Shown: in pieces, positions 47,701-58,387 of the stretch | How the letters are laid out: each line of letters starts with the position of its first letter | Position numbering within the stretch: position 1 is the first letter of the stretch | Assembly (NCBI GenBank): GCA_028534125.1 | Contig: CM052817.1 | Coordinates: 3,288,001-3,352,000, forward strand | Origin: Lama glama | Taxonomy: Eukaryota | DNA length: 64,000 nucleotides | Reading direction: 5' to 3' | Position numbers and translations under genes: made by a program | The notes under the pieces: model-generated | What the model saw: only the letters and a program-made list of their open reading frames with translations | Told to the model about the DNA's origin: nothing | The model's database searches: none

Positions 47701-48177
47701 ACCCCCTCTCCGAAGGGTCCGTCCCAGGGACAGCCCCTCACCATGGCCCCAGTGAAGTCCGAGGCAGCGGCTCCGTGTGCAGCTGAGGCGAGGGAGGCCC
47801 AGAGAGGTCGGGGCTCGTGTCCTGAGCCACACGGCCCAGAGTGCCAGCTGCTCTCCCGAAGGCAGTCTGCTCCCAGCCTCCCTGCCTGCCCCGCCCCCAC
47901 CTGGGCGCCTCCTGCCCTGCATCTCCCTGAAGACCCTGATCCCACCCCTGCTGCGCCTGTCGCTGGTGTCTGCCCTCTCCCAGCTGCGGCCGTCAGCCCC
48001 TGGAGGGATGCGTCCTGGCTCAGTCTCCTTTCAAAGCCCAACACTGCCTGGTCCAGGGGCCAGGAAAGAGCGTGCCAATGAATGGGATGCCCCAAGGGGG
48101 CTTAAACGCAGGGTGTCTCCTACTCACATGAGAACTCTTCTGTATTTCCTTCTCCTATAACAAGGCTGGGTAGCAAA

Positions 48178-48482
48178 GTGGATGGATAAGAAATGGGAAA
48201 ATGGATGAATGGATGGGTAGATGGGAGGATGGATGATGGGTAGGTGGATGGATGGAGGGAGAGATGGGAGGATGGATGGATGGATGGGAGGATAGATGGG
48301 AGGATGGATGGGAGGATGGATGGATGGATGGGAGGATGGATGGACGGATGGATGGGAGGATGGATGGACGGATGGATGGGAGCATGGATGGGTGGATGGA
48401 TGGATGGATGGATGGGAGGATGGATGGATGGATGGACGGATAGATGGATGGGAGGATGGAGGATGGATGGGTAGGTGGGTGG
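48178..48482. repeat. (GGAT)n / (GGATGGGA)n microsatellite, about 300 bp
   Basis: ggatggatggatgggaggatggatggacggatggatgggagg... Confidence 0.95.
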
Positions 48483-48874
48483 GCAGGCGGATTCATAGAC
48501 GTGATAACTCGCTGTGTGACCCTGAGTAGTTCCCTTAGCCAATCAGAGCACCACATATTCATTTGAAGACAGGAGGTGATAAGGCTCAAGGAGGAGAAGG
48601 AGAAGCTGTCCCTTGGCCATGAACCTGCCTGGGGGAGACTGGACCCCCTATTCCTGTGAAGTCAGTTCACCTGCTGCCCTCCTTTGTGACCTCTGACCTC
48701 CTCTCTTTTTTCTTTCCAATGTGGCTAAACATGAGGGCCACTGTCTGGTAATAGCCACCTCCCTCTCTCTGGTGACAAATTCTGGTTGTGCCACTAATCT
48801 CACCTCCCCGCCAGGCGCCAGGTGGGAGATTGTTTTTAAACATCCCTGCAATGTGAAAGGATGAAATTCCTTGC

Positions 48875-49025
48875 AGGGCTCACAGCCTTGGCTGCAGACT
48901 GGAATCACCTGGGGAGCTTTCTAAACAGACACAGGGGCCCCACTGCGATACAGTTCAATCAGAATCTCTAGGGGTGGGATCCAGGCTTGTACTTTGTAAA
49001 GCACCCCAAGAGCCTGGGGGCCATG
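48875..49025 (-). mobile_element. MER5A-like hAT MITE
   Basis: ttggctgcagactggaatcacctggggagcttt...aatcagaatctctaggggtggga...tgtaaagcacccca. Confidence 0.75.
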
Positions 49026-49389
49026 GCTAGAGACGTGGAAGCCCTCTGCAGCTGGAAGAAAGCTACAGACCAGAGAGGCGTTTTGAGAGCAGAATCTGCC
49101 TGGATAAACAAGACCCCTGCGGGGGTTCTGATCCGCCCTCTCCTGCTCCCACTCCTCCAGGAAGCCTGGGGGAAGAGAAACGAACCCCACAGCTTACAGC
49201 CAGGGTCTGCACCAAGCCAACCGGGAATTCTCGGAGTGTGACGTTCTTGGGGAAGCAATCCTTGTCCACGAGGCTGGGATCTCTGTCTTCTGTTCTCAGC
49301 TCCTCGCTGTGACCTTTGTAATTATCACCACCACCGCCATCACCATCGACATCATTGCTGTCGAACAGCATTGCTGTGCTGTGTTCCTC

Positions 49390-49560
49390 ACACCTGCCCT
49401 CACAATGACGCGTCAAGATCCTGCAGTTTATTTCCTCTGTTTTCTAAATGAACACATTGGAGTTCAGAGAGGTTACACAACTTGCTCAAGGTCACACAGC
49501 CACCAGATGCGGAGGCGGGGATTTGGAGGTAGGTCTGCCTGACATCAGATCTGCTGCTCT
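49390..49560 (-). mobile_element. MIR SINE
   Basis: gagttcagagaggttacacaacttgctcaaggtcacacagc...ggatttg...ggtctgcctgac. Confidence 0.75.
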
Positions 49561-51339
49561 TAATAGGAAGGGGAAGGGGTCAAGACCCAAACTCCTAAAT
49601 GCCCGGGAACAGCCTTGCCTTTCAGTAATCAACCCCACTCCCCCCTCACAAGGCTGACAGCGAGTCTGTCAAGGCAGAAGAGACGATTAGAATCTGAAAC
49701 AACCAACTGGGACGAGGGAGTGCATTTCAACTGAGGAATTCATTCATTCATTCATTCAACAAACCTCCCCAAGTGCCCCCCCCAGAACTGTGAGGCCTGC
49801 CTGGCTTTCACACGGGCAGAGGGTAACTCCAGCCCTTCTTGCTTTTACATCAAGGCCACGCTCACAGCTGCATGGAGCCAGCCTCGCTGTCCCCCAGAGC
49901 CCACGGCCTTTTGCATGTGGCTGCCCCTAAGCTGTTTTCATCCCCCTAGTCCTCATCCCAGCCACTCAGTATCCCAGGGACCAGCCCAGGGCCTGGAATA
50001 CAGCAGGTGGTCCAGAATGATGTTAGGAGCCTGCTCTAAAAAGAGACAACATAGAATCCAAGGCCCCACCCACCCCACAGGCCGCATCCGGCCGTGCAAG
50101 GCCAGGGATACACCTCTAGGTGTGGGCTGTTGGTTGGAGCAGTTAACACCGTGACCTGACGTTTGGCTTTGTGTCCCTTTGTATGGAAAACACCCGGAGG
50201 AAGGGCCCCCGGGGACAGTGGCGATCTTCCACCGGTGAGATCTGGGGCCATTTTGTTTCAGTTTCTAACAGGCTGACTGCCTGGCCCAGCCCTCACTTCT
50301 CTGAATCTCAGTCTCCTCACCTGCAAAATGGGAACAAGAGAGAACCCACCTCAGGGTGATGGTGCCTCGACTGCTTAGCCCAGCACTGCTGGCGAGTCAT
50401 GCTTTCCACCTGAGTCATTTTCTGTTTTCGTCTACAGAGATTACATATTAACCCTATTAAAAATGCGTAACTATTGGAAGGAGTGAAGCCTTCCTCTCTG
50501 GCACATGGGATGGAGGGGGTTTCTTCCTCTTCAACAGCGCCTACATTTCCTACAGAGACTTTGTATTTTCATAAAAGAAGGAAAAACAAACTTTAAACAG
50601 TGAGGGCATGTGCAGAACAGCCCCCTGCTGACAGCAGATGGGCCACCGCAAACATCGAAGCCTGCAGCTCCTCCCACGGGCTTGGCCCCCGCACCCCGCC
50701 TTGTCCGGAGCGGGGAGCGCGGGAGCCCGGGGAGCGCTCTGCCTCCCTGCCCGCCCCTGCACCGACCCCACCTCCGCCCCGCTGCGGAATGCAGCCCGAA
50801 TGAAACACATTTTACATTGTAAAGAAACCCGCAAGGTTGTTGCTTTCAGAGAAAGCGTATTAGCAGTGCCAAGGAGAATCGAAACCTAGAATTAAATGTT
50901 CAGGCCCAGGGGATGCTTCAGGGCTAAATGCAGGAGAACATTCCTGCTGAGCAGAAGGGCCTGGACACTGGGCCAGGAAGGCCCCCCAGGACCGGAGACA
51001 AAACCACAGAGGGCTCCCTGGACCTCAGCCCAACGTGAGGGGGATCTGAGGGAGGCCCGGGCGCTGTGGGTAGACGGCCAGAGCTGGGCGGCCTTTAGAC
51101 CCAAGGCGCCGGCCGCAACCTCTCCCCTCCCCGGGCACAGGCGTGGGCTCCCCATCCCGCCCCACGCTGGGCGAGGCTCTATGCTTGACGGTGCTGAAAT
51201 TCCAGAAGGTCTGGCTACTGGGGGAAATTGAGGGTGGGCTTTTGTTCTGTGCTTCCTTTTCCACTGATTTTGTTGGCAGTGGTCGAAGCACTCTGTTTCT
51301 TGGGGCTCCCAGGACTGTGAGTCATCCTGGGTGTGCTTC

Positions 51340-51960
51340 CTACCACCACTGGACACAAACACCATTAAATCATCCATCCTTGAGGCAACACATACCTCCC
51401 TAGACGACAAACCTGACCGTGGCCCTCCACTGCTTAAAACACTGCCACGGCTCCTTTGCCATCGAGACGTGGCCTCGGCCAGTGGTTACCATGGCGCTCG
51501 AGGCCTCTCAAAAGCTGCTACCTGTGTATTTCTTCCTCCACCCCATCCAACCTCCCCTACACCAGCATGCTGCTCCCATCTCCCTGAGGAGCCCACAGTC
51601 CCTCGGGCACCCTGAGCTCAGGCTGCACCCTCTCCTATAGCACCCGCTCTCCCCCACTCAGTGAATTTCTGTTCATCCCTCAATGTCCACCACAAAGCAC
51701 CCCGCCTGGCCCACTCCCACGGAGCCTCCTCGGACCCCCCTCAGCCAGCAGCGGCTCAACCACGAGCGTCTGGGCAGGCTTTGTGGGCCGGATCCCAGCA
51801 CCATGACGTCACATGACAGTGAAGCGATCTGGGTCCATTTCACTCCTCTTGACTGGAAAGTTCTGGACTGTAGGGATGTGTCCTGGTCACTGTGACACCT
51901 CCAGCTCTTAGCTTAATTCTGGCCGGAGTAGACACTCAACACATGCTTGAGTGGATGAGT
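51340..51960 (+). mobile_element. L2 3' region
   Basis: ctccactgcttaaaacactgccacggctcc...gactggaaagttctgga...gagtagacactcaacacatgcttgagtggatgag. Confidence 0.65.
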
Positions 51961-52509
51961 TAATTAACACTTGGTTCACTATTGGTTCCAAAAGCTAAGT
52001 AAGGAAATAACATTCTGCCGTCACTCATTCTGCATCCCGCGGTACCCCCGCGTGGGGGCCCGGGGCAGCCCATTTAAAATCACAGCCCCCCACACATCCT
52101 GGTCTCGGCTGCTGGATCTGGGCTCCTGGTGTGTCAGCTGGGAAACCAGTTCCCCGCCAGTCTACTGTGCATCAGTATGCAGGCGGCACGCGGCTCCCGC
52201 CGAACAATTAATAGGGGCCGTTTGTATGCACTGCGCTGCGCTCGAGCCGGAAACAGGGGCGGCGCCACCGTCTCCCCAAGTCCGCCCAGTGTTCCTCCCC
52301 ACTGTTTCCACATTCAATAAGCACAAATCACGGATCCAATTTCCCCCGAAGCTAAACAACAAAGTGCTGTGCCAGCTCCAGCGTCTACGGTTCCGACAGG
52401 ACGTGGAGAGCAGCGAGTGGGTCTAGGTCTGTCCCCAGAGGTCCTTGAGCCGGCCCCCACCCAGGGAGATCAGATAAAACTCACACCTCCATTCCAGGAA
52501 GGAGACGTT

Positions 52510-52680
52510 CATTCAGCACCTACTATGTGTGGGTATCTCTTAAATCCCCTTCCAAAAATACATGAGTGGAGCACCAGGGAAGCCAAGTGATGTCCCCCTC
52601 TCGCCTCCCCAGAGTCGGACAGCCGGGAATACATCCCGGATTCAAAACTGGGCCTCTGACATCAGAGCCCCATTTGCTTG
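52510..52680 (-). mobile_element. MIR SINE (diverged)
   Basis: cattcagcacctactatgtg...ggattcaaaactgggcctctgacatcagagccc. Confidence 0.55.
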
Positions 52681-53822
52681 TCACTAACAGGCTACATGGC
52701 AAATCCTATCACTGTGGGACTGAATTCCCCAGAGCCCCTGTGGGTCCCTCACTCAGAAGGGCTCCCAGCGTGGCACTCAGAGCTGGCCTTGGGGGCCCGC
52801 CTCTGCCCCTCACTCCCTGGTTGTATGCTGTCAGTGACGTGGTTTCCACGCCTGTGCAACAGGGTTAATCACAGCAGGCCAGCACTCTAAGTCCGACCCC
52901 TGCTCCTGAAGCCCGTCTTTAGAGCTCTGGGCTGCCCTTCTCCCCATTCTACAGATGAAACCACTGAGGCTCACAAATGTAAGTGATTGGCTCACAGCCC
53001 CGATCTGACTCCAAGTCTGCCCGGCCCACCTGCCCTCCAGAGTGCCTGGTGGGAGAGCAAACGCCAGCCCCTCCCCTCTCCTTCTTGTGGTTTCACGCTT
53101 TTAACTCAGAGTCTGGGGCCAGCAGAGAGTGAGCCGGTTCACACACTCTCCAGCGTCACCCGGGCATCCTCTCCCTGATACTGGGGCTGAGGCTTTTCTT
53201 GAAGTTTCAGTTTTATTCCTCAGAGCTTTGGGCCCAGAGACAGCTGCCTGTCAGATTCGAGCTACGTCCAGCACCCACAGGTCAGCCTGGGATCAGAGAG
53301 ATGAGACCTCTGCTCCTGCCACCAAGGCTGGGGAGTCAGACGGGGCTTGTTCAGCAAGAAGCCACAGTGTGACTGGCACACGCTTGAGGGAAATGCCGGA
53401 CAGAAGGAGGAATTCGGCCCCCTGCTCACACACAGACCCCTTCACGAACACACGGGCTGTGGCCTGGGCATCGCTCTTCCCCTCCTAGGAACCCAGATGA
53501 CCTTGATGTCACTGCCTCTCAGAGCCCTTCCCAGGAAATCCATTTCCCCCCTGTCTCCGTAAACAACCGTTAAAAATCCAGCCCCCTCTTCATGATCTCG
53601 CCCATCACCTCCAGGGAAGGGTGCATGTGGCAATGTTCCAGAATGTTCTCACTGCCCTACTCGGTGCCATCGCCTGGGAAACGGGAACCAGAGTCCCTTG
53701 CGCTGTCTGCACGCGAATAAGTTGAGGATGTAAACAGTCATTTATAAACTATGAAGGGGGGGTTCTCTAACAACAGAAAAACAAACAAACCGATTTTTTA
53801 AATGGACAAAAGATTCGAATAA

Positions 53823-54040
53823 CAAGATTTGCAAATATTAACTACTACATATAAAAATAGATAAAAAACAAATTTCTCCTGTAAAGCCCAGGAAACTATA
53901 TTCAATATCTTATAATAACCTTTAATGAAAAAGAACATGAAAACGAATATATGTATGTATATGCATGACTGGAACGTTGTGCTGTGCACCACAAATTGAC
54001 ACATTGTAACTGACTGTACTTCAGTTTAAAAAAAGAAGAA
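53823..54040 (+). mobile_element. Young L1 3' end (~220 bp), camelid/artiodactyl type
   Basis: caagatttgcaaatattaactactac...aactatattcaatatctt...gcaccacaaattgacacattgtaactgactgtacttca followed by an A-rich tail. Confidence 0.85.
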
Positions 54041-54597
54041 AAGAAAATAAGTGTTAGCGAGGATGTGGAGAAATGAGAACTCTCCTGTACTGCTGGTGGG
54101 AATGTAAAATGGTGCAGCCACTAGGAAAATATCACGGCGGGTCCTCAAAAAATTAAAGATGGAATTACTCTATGATCCAGCAATTCTACTTTTGATTATA
54201 TACCCAAAACAATTGAAAGCAAGATCTCAAGACGGAACCTGTGCACCATGCTCATAGCAGCATTATCCACAACAGCTGAGACGTGGGAGAAGCCCGAGTG
54301 TCCATCAGTGGAGGGAGGGACAAGCAAAATGCGGTCCATGCACACAGTGAGATGTCGCTCAGCCCTAAAAGGAAGGAAATTCTGACACCTGCTACAACAG
54401 GGATGAACCCTGAGGACACTGTGTTCAGTGAAATAAGCCAGTCACAAAAAGACAAGCGTGAATTCCATTTAGATGAGGTCCTGAGAGGAGTCAAACGCAC
54501 AGAGACGGAAAGTAGGATGGTGGGCGCCAGGGGCTGGGGAGGGGGAGTTAGTGTTTGATGGGGACAGAGTTACAGTATGGGAAGAAGAAAAGAGTTC

Positions 54598-54728
54598 CCC
54601 CATATTCAATATTTTGTCATAATCTTCACTGGAAAATATTATGAAAACAAACATACGTACATCCATGTGTGACTGGGACAATACGCTGCACACCAGAAAT
54701 GACACACTGTAACTGACTTCAATTAAAC
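54598..54728 (+). mobile_element. Young L1 3' end with 10-bp TSD
   Basis: atattcaatatttt...gtgtgactgggacaatacgctgcacaccagaaatgacacactgtaactgac flanked by aaaagagttc at 54588-54597 and 54729-54738. Confidence 0.85.
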
Positions 54729-57700
54729 AAAAGAGTTCTGGAGATGATGGTGGTGACAACTGCAACAATGTGAAAGGACTTAATGCCACTGAACTGGACC
54801 CCTAAAAATGGTCAATTTTAAGTTACGGGCATTTTTTTAAATTGGGAGATAAAAAGAATGGTGCTCAGCCATGGGCCAGGGACTTGTCACGTTCTTTGTG
54901 CAGAAACAAAAAAAAAATGATGTTTCTACTGTCATGGAGCCCCAGGGAGTAGGGGACAGACTGAAGCCAGGCCAGCAGAGCCAGTGTGAGGGGCTTGCAG
55001 GAGGGGGCTCCCTGCGAGATGGCAGTGGGCATCCATCAGGCAGCTTCCAGAGAGAAAGGCCCGGGTTGTGACTGGAGGGGACTTGGGGAGGGCCAGGCTG
55101 TGGGCTGGAGAGACAGCCCAGCCGGGGCTTGGGCCCAGGGTGGGATTGCCGGGCAGGTGCAGGGTGAGGGCAGGCCCCAGGACCCCGCAGAGCAGTGCGG
55201 CTCACAGTGCGGTGAGGTGTCCGGACTCACCCCAGGCTCTCGTTCAAAGGCAGACTCCGAGGGGGCAGGCAGGTCTGGGGCAGGCTCTCGGAGCACATCT
55301 CGGGCAGCAGGAGTTGGGAGGGTTAAGCAGAGCTCAGAAGCGCTGCACCCAGAATGCCCTGCCAGCTCCTGGCTCCAGCCCCAGAGGAGGCCAGCAGGCG
55401 TGGACCGGCCTGAGCAAAGACCTCCCATCACTGGGTTTGTTCCTCCACCAGCAGGGGGGCCAGGATGAGCCTCAAGCATGTTAAAATAGAGAATTCCATT
55501 TCATGTCTTAGCTCACCCTTGAAATTTTCTATTTGGAGCATGATTTTATCACATACATAAAATCCTTGCTCATGAATTAGAGCACATCTCCGTAATGGAC
55601 GTGCTACAGTTTTCCCAGTGATCACGTGGAGCCCAGGCCACCGTGCAGAGGAGGACTAGAGCGGCCAGACCAGCGGCTCGGAGCCCAGGAGGAAGCTCGG
55701 CCACTCAGGGGTGGTGGGCGAGGCTGGATCTGGGCCAAGGAATTCGGGGTGCAGGGTTGGGCGAACTGGCCCTCGTTCTCGGGGCTGGGGCAACTTAACA
55801 GCTTCCTTCACATTCAGACACGAAGTAAGTCGCTTTCTAGTAGGGGAAAGAACCAAAGGCAGTAATTATCTTATTAAGGACCAGGGAATGATGAATAATT
55901 TAATTTGCAGAGGGAATGACACCACTGATTGAATCTCCACGTCCTTAGGCTTGGCGTTCCTTCTCTCCAGTTCCTTTCAACATTGCTGGTGGGGCCTCCC
56001 CTAAAGCTCCAGGCACATTCCGGCTCTGCCCCTGGGGGGAGGGTGGGCATTTCTGATGCTTCCTGTCCCCAGGCAGGAGGTGCCAAGAGGGGAGAGGAGG
56101 AGGACCAGACAGCGGAGCCCAGGTGAGTTCACAGTCAGAACACAACATCCGCTGGGCCGGGATGGGGGTCGCGTCGCTTACTCCCAGACCCGAACATCCC
56201 GCCAAGTCAGCTGTTCTTTCCCACCAAATTCCCGCTCCCAAGAAACGAGTCTTGCCAAATCTCTACTTCACAGCCCTCTGCGTGCAATTCCCACAAGCCT
56301 ACCGTTCCTCCCACGGACATGGAAATTCACGATGCGGCTCAGCTGCCGGACTGACGCAGGGGCCCTGGGTGCGGGGTGCGACGGGCTTGTTAGAGCCAGG
56401 AAAGCGCCCTTGACATCACAGGTAACTTATACGTCAGGCCCGCCTCAGGCTGCTCCTCCAGCAGCCGGCAGCCCTGAAGCGGCGCACTGGCCCCCAGCTG
56501 TCTGGGCCTCGCAGCTGCACTGGCCACAGACTGGGCCTCAGTGCCCGGGGGGTCCCGGCAGAGCAGAATTCAATGCAATATGTGCCCTGGGCTTCCTGGG
56601 CTGGGCCCTTCTCCATCTGGGGGCCTAAGATTAATCAGACCCCAGATCCCAGAGCCCTGGGGATGGCGTGTCACTCAGGTGGGCGGGAGGGAGGACATTC
56701 ACACGACTCAGCACAGCAGGAGAGTAGAGGCCCTGGACCTGTGAGGGAACCCCTCCCAGCCTCAGTCCCCCTTTCTGTAAAATGGGGCTAATAAGCATGT
56801 GTTCTGCTTACACAGCACCTGGCAGACACATGGGAGGTGTTTTTTAGATGACTAGATGACTGCTGGGTAGACTGGAGAAGCGGCTGACTGACAAATGAGT
56901 CGGATTCAGGGGGCCCACGAGGGCGGCTCTAGGTCACTGGGGTGAAAGGGTCCTAGAAAAAGCCCTTGACGTCTAACAGGCGGCCTCCCAGGGCCTGGCT
57001 CCTACCAAGGACGACAGTGAGGCCCAAACTGGAGAATGGACGTGAGCGCGCTTTACGAACTGCACGGGTCGGCCCAGGTGGAGCCTGGCGGCCCCACTGC
57101 CACAGCACGGGGCGTTTCTGCTGAACGCCTCCTGTCACCCCCAAGGCACGTGCTCGATCCCCTGCTGGAGCAGGGGCCCAATCTCAACAGTAAGTCAGGC
57201 TGAGGAGCCCAGGACGTCCAGGAGGAAGGGCCGCCTCTGGCCTGCGGCCCTGGGTCCTCCCCGCTCAGGGCGTGTGTGTGCCAAGCGAGGGGGCAGGTGG
57301 GCGGGAGGTGAGTCTCTCCGGCGTGGCTGAACAGGACGTGGACAGCTGGCAGGGGACAGGCCGCTGGGGAACTTCAGTCAGACCGTTTGCGCAGGTTCCT
57401 CCTTCCTGGGAGTCTCCCCTGCTTCCCTGAGGCCGGAGGCCCTGAGAGCAAAGGACGAGGGCTGGCGAGGTCAGAGGCTGCCAGTTCCACAGGGTGGGGC
57501 CCCCGGGGCTGTCCGTGTGAGAGTGTGTGTGTGCGTACGCCTGGGGGGCAGTGCCCCATCTTCCTTTTGGTCTATTTTGTATAGAGTAAGTACAGGTAAA
57601 TGGTGAGATTTGATATCAGCCTAAAGTACAACCTGTACGTGATTTGGATCATTCCCAAAAACACCCCCATGGAGACAGCAGAGGTTCTGGGAACCGCTGG

Positions 57701-58285
57701 AGCATGTTGGGACAGCCTCCAGGCTCCTGACAGACGCGCCCAGCGTAAGAAAATCCATCTCACTGCCAGGAAGGTCCTGGCGAGCAGCGTCTCAGTCAGG
57801 GATCCTCTGGGGCAGCCCTGGGCTAGGGCTCCAGGCTGAGGGTGTGACAGTAGTCCCCTGATGCCAGCCTGAGTAGGGACCCCAAGGAGGAGGGCCAGGC
57901 CTGGAGCGCACTGCTGCTGGCAGCCGGCCTGGCAGCCGCATGCTCCTGGAGACGGGCAGGAGCTTGAGGTCAGCCCGGTATGGGGGCCGGTCCTGCCTCC
58001 TGCCCTTGAGAAGACACGGCCCCCTGAGTGTCTGTCCCCATCTCAGAACCGGGCTTCTTGCTTTAGGGGGCCGGCAGGGACTGCACACCCACATCCCTAA
58101 AGAGCTGCGGAGACGTGGGACAGCGGTTGTGGGGATAGGTCCTCTCAGGTCCGGGCACTGTGCCCCTCAGCCTGGAGACCCCACGGGGACTCCAGCTCCC
58201 ACGGGGCCAGCCCAAGAGTCTGCTTGCTGGCAGTGGGCGCGGGTGCCCCAACAGGCTGCTCAGACCGGCCTCCCCCAAACTCACT

Positions 58286-58387
58286 GAGCACCCCGGCGGG
58301 GATTCGCAGGGCCGCTGGGCGACTCCTGACAAGGAGGAGGCGCACCGGGCACTACACCTGCAGCAGCCCGGCACCCTCGGATGCTGA
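58286..58387 (-). other. Probable positional counterpart of the human MIR4274 hairpin locus, degenerate (not called as a functional miRNA)
   Basis: Collinear similarity to the recalled reverse complement of hsa-mir-4274 (gcacc...aggg.c.gctggg...cctgacaagg..gagg.gc.cc.ggc...gcagcagc...accct..atgc), in the same intron of the same host gene. Confidence 0.5.

Larger units (their letters stand above)
53765..54840 (+). mobile_element. L1MB-type 3' end (ORF2 tail and 3'UTR) carrying two younger L1 insertions
   Basis: gaggatgtggagaaa, ctgctggtgggaatgtaaaatggtgcagccact, atgatccagcaattc, gtgaaataagccagtcacaaaa, gttctggagatg...aatgccactgaactg. Confidence 0.9.

Noticed and set aside
18001..48482. Long-range pairing of the (CCAT)n tract at 18.0 kb with the (GGAT)n tract at 48.2 kb
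   Set aside because: Both are common simple repeats, 30 kb apart and degenerate; no specific evidence.
48120..48589. HPSI / MDGW repeat ORFs
   Set aside because: Translation of a (GGAT)n microsatellite.
54252..54558. ORFs with L1 ORF2 C-terminal flavour (EILTPATTGMNPEDTVFSEISQSQKDK)
   Set aside because: Decayed L1MB remnant, not a host gene or active element.
57555..57602. Pyrimidine tract + AG followed by AGTAAGTACAG|GTAAAT (micro-exon or recursive site)
   Set aside because: It is on the + strand, antisense to SORCS2, and not an exact AG|GT junction; no supported host transcript.
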